Source of the DNA: Minisyncoccales bacterium
GTDB lineage: Bacteria > Patescibacteriota > Minisyncoccia > Minisyncoccales > RBG-13-42-11
DNA length: 42,435 nucleotides
Direction of reading: 5' to 3'
NCBI GenBank assembly: GCA_049700655.1
Contig: JBNAUV010000002.1
Span: 1-42,435, forward strand
Part shown: positions 24,821 through 33,300 of the stretch, one piece after another
How positions within the stretch are numbered: the first letter of the stretch is position 1
Layout: each line of letters starts with the position of its first letter
Made by a program: the position numbers and the translations under genes
The notes under the pieces: model-generated
What the model was told of the DNA's origin: nothing
Seen by the model: only the letters and a program-made list of their open reading frames with translations
Database searches by the model: none

Positions 24821-25096
24821 TTAAATTTTTAAAAGTTTGCTTATTTTTTCACGATCAAAACCAACAATCAGCTGACCATCGATTTCAATAATTGGCGCCT
24901 CGGCCTTGCCGGTTTTTTTAATTAGATAATCAATCATTTCTTGATTTTCTGCTAAATTGATTTCTTCAAAAACAATCTGATGTTCTTTTAAAAATTCTTT
25001 TAAGGTAAAGCAGTACGGACAACCCGGCGTGGTAAAAACACGAATTTTTGTTGGTAATTTTTTTTCAACCATTGCTTGAAAAAAATTTATTGACAA
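24821..25096 (-). CDS. Glutaredoxin-like / NrdH-like small thiol-disulfide protein
   Basis: 91 aa with a CPYC active site (TTPGCPYCFTLKEFL) and thioredoxin-fold pattern. Confidence 0.7.
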   Translation of the reverse strand: MSINFFQAMVEKKLPTKIRVFTTPGCPYCFTLKEFLKEHQIVFEEINLAENQEMIDYLIKKTGKAEAPIIEIDGQLIVGFDREKISKLLKI

Positions 25097-26097
25097 CTAC
25101 CGCTATTGGTTGAGCCAGTTTCTAAACCAAAACCAGGCGAAGCGGTTTCATTAGACAAGGTCTGTGAACATTCGGCTGGCGCATTAACAAATGCCTGACA
25201 AACAATTTTTTTAAATTCTTCTGGCGAACGAGTGTTAATATTAACTACCTGATCATTAATAACTACAGTGGGTGATCCTCTGACTCCATATTTTTCATTT
25301 AAATCAGCGTGTACGTCAAATTTTGGATAATAGCCGTTTAACCAAGTGCTTTTGTCGTTGTAGGATTCGGTAATTTTATAATTTTTGTCGGTTTGCTCTA
25401 TACAGGTTGCCAATTTATTTTGATCAATTTGGGCTTCGCTTAAACATTTTTCATAATTACCATCTTTAACAAAACAATTTAAATAAGCGTAGTAATGGTC
25501 TTTTTGCTCTTTTTCAAGACAATATTGTCTTAGATTTTCATCAAGTTCCTGTTTATTATGCATTATATAATTAACAAAATAAATACCCATATCTGTTTTA
25601 TTTTTGAGTAAATTATAAACTGGCAAAAAGGCTTTTTCCATCTGCAAACCATAAGGGCAATAAGACATAACAAAAATTTTTATATCCGGCCTCTCCCGTT
25701 TTTCCACTGACGAAGAAGATTTATTTGATTGATTTTCTTGACTTTGATTTCCTTGATCCGTCAACTCTGTGTCTAAATTAATTGGTTCATAAACAAATAA
25801 ATATTTACCATCTTTAGAAACATAAGCCGGATATTCTTTTTCATTTATTTTAACAATTAACTTATAAAAACCGCTTTCTTCGGTTGTGCTACTTAAAGAT
25901 GCGCTCAACCCTTGCGGAGACAAATAATTTTTATTGAGATAATTAATAACTTTATCTGCTATCTGTTGAATAGATGAATTCTGTCCGCTTTTATGGCTTA
26001 CTTTATCCCAGTTGAAATAAATAATTGTTCCGCTAATTAATAAACCAACTGCTAAAATGGCAATCGGCGTTAAAAGCTTGCTTATTTTTTCATTCAT
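25087..26097 (-). CDS. Membrane-anchored thioredoxin-fold (DsbA-like) protein
   Basis: N-terminal TM, then FVMSYCPYGLQ (CxxG/CPYG site), several further Cys, and VRGSPTVVIND. Confidence 0.6.
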   Translation of the reverse strand: MNEKISKLLTPIAILAVGLLISGTIIYFNWDKVSHKSGQNSSIQQIADKVINYLNKNYLSPQGLSASLSSTTEESGFYKLIVKINEKEYPAYVSKDGKYLFVYEPINLDTELTDQGNQSQENQSNKSSSSVEKRERPDIKIFVMSYCPYGLQMEKAFLPVYNLLKNKTDMGIYFVNYIMHNKQELDENLRQYCLEKEQKDHYYAYLNCFVKDGNYEKCLSEAQIDQNKLATCIEQTDKNYKITESYNDKSTWLNGYYPKFDVHADLNEKYGVRGSPTVVINDQVVNINTRSPEEFKKIVCQAFVNAPAECSQTLSNETASPGFGLETGSTNSGSCQ

Positions 26098-26114
26098 ATA
26101 AATTGATTAATTAA

Positions 26115-26315
26115 TTATAATTTATTTAATTCTTTTAGTAAAGCTTCTAAATTTAATTGATACATTTGGCAAATTTGACCAATGGTCAACCGATCCATTT
26201 CAAATTTTGCCAAAACGCAACCCAAACAAGGTAAATTATATTTTTCAAGAATTTTTACCATTTTTGGATTTTTTAAAATTTCGGCTAACTTTGTATTTTT
26301 CGTGATTTTTCCCAT
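26115..26315 (-). CDS. DUF1858-type small redox-associated protein
   Basis: 66 aa. TKLAEILKNPKMVKILEKYNLPCLGC...TIGQICQMYQLNLEALLKELN matches the DUF1858 pattern from memory. Confidence 0.55.
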   Translation of the reverse strand: MGKITKNTKLAEILKNPKMVKILEKYNLPCLGCVLAKFEMDRLTIGQICQMYQLNLEALLKELNKL

Positions 26316-26317
26316 AA

Positions 26318-26629
26318 TTATTTCACTATCTTGCTCAACCAGCTTAAAAATTCAGAATTTCCCTCTTTAATTTCTAAAGAGATTATACAAGGAATTTCAA
26401 AAGAATGCAATTTTTTTATTCTTTTTATGATTTTTCCCACCAATTCTGCTTTTGTCTTAACCAACATAACTACTTCTTTCTCTTCAACAATTCTTCCTCG
26501 CCATTTATAAATTGAATTGATGGGCAAAATATTGCAGCAAGCAACTAATTTTTCTTTGATTAAAATTTTCGCAATTTTCTTTGCTTCTCTTATGGTTGGA
26601 AAAGTAATATAAATTATTCTAAATTTCAT
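26318..26629 (-). CDS. cutA: Divalent-cation tolerance protein CutA
   Basis: IYITFPTIREAKKIAKILIKEKLVACCNILP.INSIYKWRGRIVEEKEVVMLVKT. Confidence 0.75.
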   Translation of the reverse strand: MKFRIIYITFPTIREAKKIAKILIKEKLVACCNILPINSIYKWRGRIVEEKEVVMLVKTKAELVGKIIKRIKKLHSFEIPCIISLEIKEGNSEFLSWLSKIVK

Positions 26630-26780
26630 TATTTAACTCTTAACAAAATTTCATACGTTTTCACAATTTCTTGGGCTAATTTTTTAAAGCGCCGACATTT
26701 CTCGCTGAGCGATAAACTTTTTGCGCAGAAAAAAATTCTTTTTCTCCTTTCAAATTAATAACAAAAATTTTCCTTGGCAT
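26629..26780 (-). pseudogene. Short ATP-cone-like ORF interrupted by a frameshift
   Basis: MPRKIFVINLKGEKEFFSAQKVYRSARNVGALKN* continues in the next frame as KKLAQEIVKTYEILLRVK*. The G-EKE-F-S..KVYRSAR..GA pattern resembles ATP-cone N-termini. It is too short for the ORF track. Confidence 0.3.
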
Positions 26781-26816
26781 AAAAAGACCAATCAAACAAT
26801 TTTTTTTCAACTAAAG

Positions 26817-27578
26817 TTAAGTGGCCAACCAACCGCCATCAACCACGATTGTAGCGCCAGTCATATAAGAAGACGCGTCAGAAGCCAAGAATAAAACTAC
26901 ATTAGCAATTTCTTCTGGCTTGCCTATTCGTTTCAAGGGCAAACGAGCGATTAAACCTTCAAAACTAGCTTGATTACCTTTAACCGGGCCAATCATTGGC
27001 GTGTCAATCGCGCCCGGCGCAATGGCATTCACCCGAATATTATAAGGAGCCAATTCAATAGCCAATGTTTCAGTCATAGCCACAATGCCACCTTTGGAGG
27101 CTGAATAATGAGCCAACGTAGGAAAACCAACCCCTACTTGACCCATAGCCACTGAAGCAATGTTGATAATCGATCCACTTTTCTGTTTAACCATTTCTTT
27201 AGCCACTGCCTGCGCGCAAAGAAAATAACCTTTTAAATTAATATTTATTGTCCGCTCCCACTCCTCTTCAGTTAATTCTAAAAAAGGCTTAAATTGACAA
27301 ATACCGGCATTATTGACCAACACATCAATCTTCCCCCATTGAGCTATGGTTTTTTTAACCATTACCTCAACTTCTTGTTTTTGAGAAACATCACATTTAA
27401 TTGCCAAAGCTTCGCCGCCTAATTTTTTAATTTCCTCGACCACTAACTGACATTCCTCTTCTGAAATATCAGAAACCACTACTTTGGCGCCAGCTCGAGC
27501 CAAGAGTAAAGCATCAGCCCTGCCCATGCCTCGACGCGCGCCAGTAATAATCGCTACTTTGTTTTTTAAATCGAACAT
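26817..27578 (-). CDS. SDR-family oxidoreductase (FabG / glucose-1-dehydrogenase-like)
   Basis: TGARRGMG (TGxxxGxG), NNAG, YSASKGG (YxxxK), PGAIDTP. The start is set at MFDLKNK, because the tracked N-terminus overlaps the upstream gene. Confidence 0.8.
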   Translation of the reverse strand: MFDLKNKVAIITGARRGMGRADALLLARAGAKVVVSDISEEECQLVVEEIKKLGGEALAIKCDVSQKQEVEVMVKKTIAQWGKIDVLVNNAGICQFKPFLELTEEEWERTININLKGYFLCAQAVAKEMVKQKSGSIINIASVAMGQVGVGFPTLAHYSASKGGIVAMTETLAIELAPYNIRVNAIAPGAIDTPMIGPVKGNQASFEGLIARLPLKRIGKPEEIANVVLFLASDASSYMTGATIVVDGGWLAT

Positions 27579-27622
27579 AAAATTAGTTATTAATTTTATG
27601 ACTTTAACGACCTTTTGGTTTT

Positions 27623-27898
27623 TTATTGCCGCACAAATAAACCGCAAAGGCAATGACCATTTTTCTTAATTTCTTCTTGATGATAAACACAAGGACAAAT
27701 AATTTTTTTATCTTCTTCTTGATTGCCAGTTAGACGGCGGCAGGGGCAATATCTTTGACCAAATTTTTCTTCTCTTTCTAATAAACTCTTTATCACTGCT
27801 TCTACCAGCTGTTGGTTGGGGTTTAAAACAAAACCGTTTTTCCGAGCATAGACTTCATATTCTGTAATTAATTTTCTAATTTTTTCTTGGTTAATCAT
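27623..27898 (-). CDS. Ferredoxin:thioredoxin reductase catalytic-subunit-like protein
   Basis: The Cys pattern CPCR-x14-CPC-x12-CLC, embedded in ...RYCPCRRL...[23 protein letters not shown], is characteristic of FTR beta chains. Confidence 0.65.
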   Translation of the reverse strand: MINQEKIRKLITEYEVYARKNGFVLNPNQQLVEAVIKSLLEREEKFGQRYCPCRRLTGNQEEDKKIICPCVYHQEEIKKNGHCLCGLFVRQ

Positions 27899-27899
27899 T

Positions 27900-28232
27900 T
27901 TATTTTAATAAATCATTTAACCAGTTTCTAATTTCCGCCAGTGGCCGAAAACCAACAAAACCGCTGATTGGCTGACCATCCTTAAAAAGAATTACAGTGG
28001 GCGCCGCATTAATACCTAATTTAGCCAAAACTAAAGGCGCTTCTCTAAAATTAACTTTGGCAAAAATAATTTCTTCCTTTAATTCTTGAGTAACTTTTTC
28101 TAAAATTGGGCCAATTAATTGGCATGGCCCACAACCTTCTAACCAAAAATCAACTAAAACTGGTTTGCCCATCCGAGAAATCTCTTTTTCAAAATTTTCA
28201 TCTGTTAAAACTAATGACATACGAAAAGACAA
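27900..28232 (-). CDS. trxA: Thioredoxin
   Basis: 110 aa with a WLEGCGPCQ active site and APTVILFKDGQ. Confidence 0.85.
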   Translation of the reverse strand: MSFRMSLVLTDENFEKEISRMGKPVLVDFWLEGCGPCQLIGPILEKVTQELKEEIIFAKVNFREAPLVLAKLGINAAPTVILFKDGQPISGFVGFRPLAEIRNWLNDLLK

Positions 28233-28278
28233 TTTTAAGATAATTTATTGTAATTAATAATCAAAAATAAATCAATGT

Positions 28279-29448
28279 TTATAAATAAAAAATGCTTTTT
28301 TCTTTAAATGATTTTTTAATTAATCTGTTTAAATTTAAATTTTTTTCCATTTTTTCAACCATCTCTAAATTACCTTGAGCTGTAACATGTTTGGGAGTAA
28401 ACAAAGTACAACAATCTTCTTGCGGTCTAATAGAGATTTCAAAAGTTTTAATTTTTTGCGCTAATTGAATAATTTCTTGTTTGTCTAAACCAATTAAAGG
28501 TCTTAAAATTGGTAATTTTACCACTGCATTGGTAATGCCTAGATTAGTTAAAGTTTGCGAACTAACCTGACCCAAGCTTTCACCTGTGACCAAAGCCAAA
28601 CATTTTTCTTGTTGAGCAATTTGCTCGGCGATTTTTAGCATGAGACGACGATAAAATAAAATTCGATAAGAGGGCGGAATTTTAGTTTTTATGGCCATTT
28701 GAATCTGACCAAAAGGATAAAAATAAATTTTTAGTTTTGGTTGATAATTTAAAAATCTCTGCGCTAATTCTTTGGTTTTTTCTATAGAGGCTGAAGAAAC
28801 CAAAGGAAAAGAATGGAAGTGAAGCCAAATATTCTCCGCGCCCCGTTTGGCCATTAAATAACTAGCCACTGGCGAGTCAATTCCGCCGGAAATTAAAGTC
28901 AAAACTCGACCGCTCGCACCCACTGGCAAACCGTCAGCACCTCTTTGTTTTTTGAAATATAAAAACCAGCCGACTTTTCTGGCTTCAAGATAAATTTCCT
29001 TTTTTGGTTTTTCTAGATCTACTTTTCGATTTATTTTCTGCGCCACTGTTTCAATAATTTTTTGACTTGATTCTTTTATTTCCGAACTCTTTTTTAGTCG
29101 CAAAGCAAAAGTTTCGTCCTTTTTTATCCATGTTTGATAATTTTTAGTAATAAATTTTACTAATTCCTTTAAACTAGCCCTCTCTAAAAAATAACTTTCT
29201 GAAAACCAAGCCACACCAAAAAGGTTTCTTATCAATTTAAGAATTAACCTGATTGGCTCTGTTTCAATAAAGATTCTTTCATGGCTAAGATAAATTTTAA
29301 ATTTCAAATTTTGCTTTTTTAAATAAAAGAGCAAATTATTTCTTAACTTTCTAACAAAATCTCTTTGTACGCCCGTTGACTTTAAAAACACTTCACTACC
29401 CAAGGCAATCAAAATTCCCTTTTTAATTTGAATGGCCATAAATAACAA
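28279..29448 (-). CDS. thiI: tRNA 4-thiouridine(8) synthase ThiI
   Basis: THUMP-like N-terminal half and PP-loop LISGGIDSPVASYLM. The start may be Met4 (29439). Confidence 0.8.
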   Translation of the reverse strand: MLFMAIQIKKGILIALGSEVFLKSTGVQRDFVRKLRNNLLFYLKKQNLKFKIYLSHERIFIETEPIRLILKLIRNLFGVAWFSESYFLERASLKELVKFITKNYQTWIKKDETFALRLKKSSEIKESSQKIIETVAQKINRKVDLEKPKKEIYLEARKVGWFLYFKKQRGADGLPVGASGRVLTLISGGIDSPVASYLMAKRGAENIWLHFHSFPLVSSASIEKTKELAQRFLNYQPKLKIYFYPFGQIQMAIKTKIPPSYRILFYRRLMLKIAEQIAQQEKCLALVTGESLGQVSSQTLTNLGITNAVVKLPILRPLIGLDKQEIIQLAQKIKTFEISIRPQEDCCTLFTPKHVTAQGNLEMVEKMEKNLNLNRLIKKSFKEKSIFYL

Positions 29449-29454
29449 AAAATA

Positions 29455-30603
29455 TTATTTAATTATCCCGCCGCCCAAAAGTTCTTGACCTTGATAAAAC
29501 ACAACTGATTGGCCAGGAGTAATGGCGCGCTGGGACTGGTTAAAAATTACTCGATATTGACGGCGTGACAATTTTATTATTTTAGCTGGTACTGAAGTAT
29601 GACGATAGCGGATTTTGGCTTGGACTTTTAAAGGAAGTTTTGGTTCTTTTGCCAAAACCCAATTAACATTTTTACAAATTAATTCTTTTTTATATAAATC
29701 CTTTTCGTTTTTAGTCACAATTAAAAAATTTTTCTTTATATTTTTATCCAAAACCCAAAATGGACCACCGGGCAAACCAATACCTTTTCTTTGACCAATT
29801 GTATAAAACCAAAGTCCGCAGTGTTGGCCCAAAATTTTTCCTTTGGCGTCAATAATTTTGCCTGGCTTTTCTTTTAAATATCTTTTTAAAAAATCATTAA
29901 TCGTCGTTCGAAGAGAAAAATCTCTTCTCTCACCTCGTCCGCCGACTGGCGGACTCGCTGTTTGAATAAAACAAATTTCAACTGATTTTCTGGCTTTTAA
30001 AACTGGCAATCTGAATTTTCTGGCTAAGTTTTCAACTTCAGCCCGAGTATAATCGCCAATGGGCAACAAAATACGCCTTAATTGGGCCTGATTTAACATC
30101 CATAAAAAGTATGATTGGTCTTTGTTTTTGTCTTTGGCTTTTAATAAATAAAACTTCTCCTTTTCTCTTTTAATTCTAGCGTAATGGCCAGTTGCCACAT
30201 ATTTAACGCCTAAGGCCAAGGCCTTTTTTAAGAGAAGTCCAAATTTTATTTCTCGATTGCAAAGCACGCAAGGATTCGGGGTAATTCCTTTTTGATAATT
30301 ATTTAAAAAACTATTAACAATTCTTTTTTTAAATTCTTCACTGAAATCAAAAACATAAAACGGAATCTTCAAAATCTTTGCCACTTTTCTTGCTCTAACC
30401 TCGGCAGCGGGCGAACAACAACGATTGGCCATACCGACCAAACCATTCTCAGTTGGCTCTGACCAAAATTTCATAAAAACTCCAATTACTGCAAAACCAG
30501 CCTTTTTTAAAAGCAAAGCAGCCACAGCTGAATCAAGACCGCCAGACATTGCTACCATAACTTGAGTTTGTTTATTTCTTTTTTCTCTTCTCATAATCAG
30601 CAA
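29455..30603 (-). CDS. mnmA: tRNA 2-thiouridylase MnmA, carrying a roughly 17-aa in-frame insertion
   Basis: PP-loop VAMSGGLDSAVAA, NPCVLCN, ATGHYAR, DQSYFL, ICFI ... FLKRYL, TIGQRKG. The exact start is uncertain, since the ORF overlaps the iscU 3' end. Confidence 0.85.
   Translation of the reverse strand: MLIMRREKRNKQTQVMVAMSGGLDSAVAALLLKKAGFAVIGVFMKFWSEPTENGLVGMANRCCSPAAEVRARKVAKILKIPFYVFDFSEEFKKRIVNSFLNNYQKGITPNPCVLCNREIKFGLLLKKALALGVKYVATGHYARIKREKEKFYLLKAKDKNKDQSYFLWMLNQAQLRRILLPIGDYTRAEVENLARKFRLPVLKARKSVEICFIQTASPPVGGRGERRDFSLRTTINDFLKRYLKEKPGKIIDAKGKILGQHCGLWFYTIGQRKGIGLPGGPFWVLDKNIKKNFLIVTKNEKDLYKKELICKNVNWVLAKEPKLPLKVQAKIRYRHTSVPAKIIKLSRRQYRVIFNQSQRAITPGQSVVFYQGQELLGGGIIK
29910..29954. 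repeat. Two adjacent hairpins (one GC-rich) inside the mnmA coding sequence
   Basis: gaagag-aaaaat-ctcttc at 29910-29927 and gtccgcc-gact-ggcggac at 29937-29954. They encode part of TASPPVGGRGERRDFSLRT. Confidence 0.8.
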
Positions 30604-30964
30604 CAGCTGCCTTTAGACCTTGCTCAGCCAAATAAGAACAATGCATTTTAATTGCCGGCAAATAACCCAGTTTTTTAGCAACTTGTTGATATTTAATTTT
30701 AAGCGCTTCTTTAATTGTCTTTCCTTTGGCTAAATCACAAATAATATCTGAAGTGGCGATAGCCGCAGCGCAACCCAAGGTATGAAATTTAATGTCTTTA
30801 ATAATCTCTTTTTTGCCCTTTTTTTCTATTTTTAAATACAATTTCATCACATCGCCGCAACGCACATTGCCCACCTCACCTACTCCATCAGCATTTTTTA
30901 TCTGGCCAAAATTTCTGGGATGGGTAAAGCGTTTAATAACTTCTTTTGAATAAAATGGTTTCAT
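30572..30964 (-). CDS. iscU: Fe-S cluster assembly scaffold (IscU / NifU N-terminal type)
   Basis: HPRNFG, GNVRCGDVM, FHTLGCAAAIATSD, and a C-terminal MHCSYLA. Confidence 0.85.
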   Translation of the reverse strand: MKPFYSKEVIKRFTHPRNFGQIKNADGVGEVGNVRCGDVMKLYLKIEKKGKKEIIKDIKFHTLGCAAAIATSDIICDLAKGKTIKEALKIKYQQVAKKLGYLPAIKMHCSYLAEQGLKAAVADYEKRKKK

Positions 30965-30970
30965 AAAAAA

Positions 30971-32143
30971 TTAAAAACCAGAAATTTTTCTTAATTTTTC
31001 AATAATGGGAGACAAAACCTTAATGACATAATTAATTTCTTTTTCGGTCGTCCAGCGACCTAAACTAATCCGCAAAGAACCATGGGCTTGTTCTGGCTTT
31101 AAACCAAGAGCCAATAAAATATGACTGGGTTCTAATTTAATTGAAGAACAAGCCGAACCAGTAGAAACAGCCACGCCTTTTAAATCTAATTGAATAACCA
31201 ATGATTCGCCTTCTACTCCTTTAAACCAAAAATTAACATTATTGGGCAATCTTTTTGTAGGATGACCATTAAGATGACTTTCCGGGATTCTTTTTAAAAT
31301 TTCTCTGATTAGTTTGTTTCGCAAACGCACCAATCTAACATTTTCTCTTTTTCTTTCTTTTTGATAAAGCTGGCAAGCAGTAGTAAAGCCTACAATGGCT
31401 GGCAAGTTAACTGTGCTCGATCTTAAGCCAAATTCCTGACCGCCGCCATGCAATAATGATTCTAAATTAGTCCCCCGCCTCACATATAACAGCGCTGCAC
31501 CCTTGGGACCGTAAATTTTATGCGAACTGGCAGTTAATAAATCAAGGTTCATTTGATCCACATTAATGGGAATTTTGCCAAAACTTTGCGCTGCATCAGT
31601 ATGAAAATAAACTCGGTTTTGGCGATTTTGCTGATTAAACTGTTGAATAATTTTGCCAATTTCGGCAATGGGTTGAATGGTGCCAATTTCATTGGAAGCA
31701 TGAATAATGGAAACCAAAATTGTTTTTTTGGTTAAAACTTTTTTTACCGCTTTTGGCAAAACCAAACCAAAATGATCAACCGGCAATTTGGTAATTTTAA
31801 AACCCTGCTTGGCCAACCAATTGGCGCTTTCCACAATACAAGGATGTTCAATGCTTGAAATAACTAAATGATTACCGCGAAAACGATTAGCCCAAGCAAT
31901 CCCTTTTAGGGCCAAATTATTGCTTTCTGTAGCAGAACTGGTAAAAATAACTTCGTCTGTCTTTGCGCCAATAAAATCAGCTATTTTTTGCCGGCAATCT
32001 TCTAAAATCTCTTTGGCTTCCTGACCCCAAGAATGCAAAGACATTGGATTACCAAATTTTTGACTCAAATAAGGCCTTAGAGCCTGCGCTACGCGCGGAT
32101 CAACTGGCGTAGTGGCTGCATAATCTAAATAAATCTTTTTCAT
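30971..32143 (-). CDS. nifS: Cysteine desulfurase (NifS/IscS family)
   Basis: The start is set at MKKIYLDYAATTP; the tracked 61-aa extension looks spurious. SSHKIYGPKG (PLP Lys), STGSACSS (active Cys), SLGRWTT. Confidence 0.9.
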   Translation of the reverse strand: MKKIYLDYAATTPVDPRVAQALRPYLSQKFGNPMSLHSWGQEAKEILEDCRQKIADFIGAKTDEVIFTSSATESNNLALKGIAWANRFRGNHLVISSIEHPCIVESANWLAKQGFKITKLPVDHFGLVLPKAVKKVLTKKTILVSIIHASNEIGTIQPIAEIGKIIQQFNQQNRQNRVYFHTDAAQSFGKIPINVDQMNLDLLTASSHKIYGPKGAALLYVRRGTNLESLLHGGGQEFGLRSSTVNLPAIVGFTTACQLYQKERKRENVRLVRLRNKLIREILKRIPESHLNGHPTKRLPNNVNFWFKGVEGESLVIQLDLKGVAVSTGSACSSIKLEPSHILLALGLKPEQAHGSLRISLGRWTTEKEINYVIKVLSPIIEKLRKISGF

Positions 32144-32186
32144 ATAATCTCTTTTAAATATAACAAGATAAATTGTCTTCGACAAG

Positions 32187-32219
32187 ATAAAAAGCCACTC
32201 GCAACCCGCGAGTGGCTTT
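32187..32219 (-). terminator. Intrinsic terminator after the 32224..32868 gene
   Basis: Minus strand: AAAGCCACTCGC-gggtt-GCGAGTGGCTTT followed by tta-tctt. The stem is 12 bp. Confidence 0.75.
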
Positions 32220-32223
32220 AGTT

Positions 32224-32868
32224 TTATTTTAGCGAACGTGGCAGAGTAATTTCTATCTCTTCCACTTCTTCCCTCTGCCATGACTCCCGCCACGACTTTA
32301 AAAAATCCAATGTGGCGGAAAAACATTGTTTCTCTTCTGTTAGTTTCTTTTCTGCCTCCGCTAGCTTCTTCTTCAAAAAACTGATCTCTTTCTGCAACTT
32401 TATCTCTTCTTCCACTGCTTCATGTAACTTCTTCTCTGCACTTTCTTTCTTTTTAATAAACTCTGCTTTTTCTTCCTTTAACTTCTCCAATTCTCGCTTC
32501 AACTCCAAAACCACCTCAGGATCTTCTAATTCCGACAATTCCTCCAATGTTATCACACTTTCCGGTTCGCGCCGCCGCTCTACTCTTTCTATTGCTTTGT
32601 ATAAAATATTGTTGATTCTAAACAACTCTTGAAATTCTTGCCAAATTTCCTCTGGAAGCGAAATCGACACCGCTTCTTTTGGATTAAATTCAGGTGGCAA
32701 GAATTGATTCCACGGCTGGCACAAAATACCATTTATTATTAATGGTTTTCCAGCTAATTCATTAGGAAAGCCATTAATAGCAGAGATTTTCAAAAAAACC
32801 TCCAATTCATAGTTCATAACCGGACTAATTCTAATTTTTATTTTTTGACTTTCTGTTTTTTGTTCCAT
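32224..32868 (-). CDS. Hypothetical protein with C-terminal Glu/Lys coiled coil
   Basis: ORF preceded by a strong SD-like aaaaaggaggagattatt-ATG, which is rare in this window. No recognisable family. Confidence 0.55.
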   Translation of the reverse strand: MEQKTESQKIKIRISPVMNYELEVFLKISAINGFPNELAGKPLIINGILCQPWNQFLPPEFNPKEAVSISLPEEIWQEFQELFRINNILYKAIERVERRREPESVITLEELSELEDPEVVLELKRELEKLKEEKAEFIKKKESAEKKLHEAVEEEIKLQKEISFLKKKLAEAEKKLTEEKQCFSATLDFLKSWRESWQREEVEEIEITLPRSLK

Positions 32869-33053
32869 AATAATCTCCTCCTTTTTCTTCTCAATTTTTA
32901 ACCTTACTTTCTAATTTTTCCCTATATAAGAATCCAGCTTAAAGCTGGTTATTAAAGAACTCTATCTAAATTAAAACATATTTAATATTTTCTGTCAAGA
33001 GTAAACCTCCCAACTAATTCTAAAAATTATATAAAAAAATATAATTATATAAT

Positions 33054-33151
33054 TATTGAAAAATATAATTTTATATTATTGAAAAAAAATATAATTTTAT
33101 TTTATTGAAAATTTATTTTATTGAAAAATATAATTATTGAAAAAATATAAT
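33054..33151. repeat. Five degenerate tandem copies of (t)attgaaaaa-tataatt
   Basis: Copies at 33054-33070, 33077-33096, 33103-33120, 33119-33135 and 33136-33151, in a 430-bp gene-free AT-rich gap. Confidence 0.8.
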
Positions 33152-33213
33152 GTTTAATAATTATACCTACGTATAATTATTCACCATCAAACGGAGAACA
33201 AAAAAATAATAAT

Positions 33214-33262
33214 TCTAATTCAATCTAATTTAATCTAATTTAACTAATTTAATCTAATTCAA
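33214..33262. repeat. Five tandem copies of a 10-nt unit tctaatt(c/t)aa
   Basis: tctaattcaa tctaatttaa tctaatttaa ctaatttaa tctaattcaa. The spacing follows the helical repeat. Confidence 0.9.
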
Positions 33263-33300
33263 TATTGTGTGATTAGAGGGGGTTGAGTGATTAAAGGAGG

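Noticed and set aside
32144-32326. N-terminal extensions of tracked ORFs: nifS to 32326, the 4HB gene to 5769, the large protein to 8200, RAYT to 9704, rpsB to 13665 and the SDR to 27653.
   Set aside because: Each extension runs into a repeat arm, hairpin, terminator or neighbouring gene, and precedes an internal Met that matches the family-typical N-terminus. Shorter starts were adopted.
33054-33262. Whether the tandem repeat arrays form a CRISPR array.
   Set aside because: The units are 10-20 nt, nearly pure A/T and directly abutting, with no unique spacers of 25-40 nt. There are no cas genes.
33286-33300. A plus-strand aaggagg that might mark a small unannotated plus-strand gene.
   Set aside because: No ATG, GTG or TTG start lies at a suitable distance and no ORF follows. 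The sequence is part of a short direct repeat in the 3' flank of gpmA.
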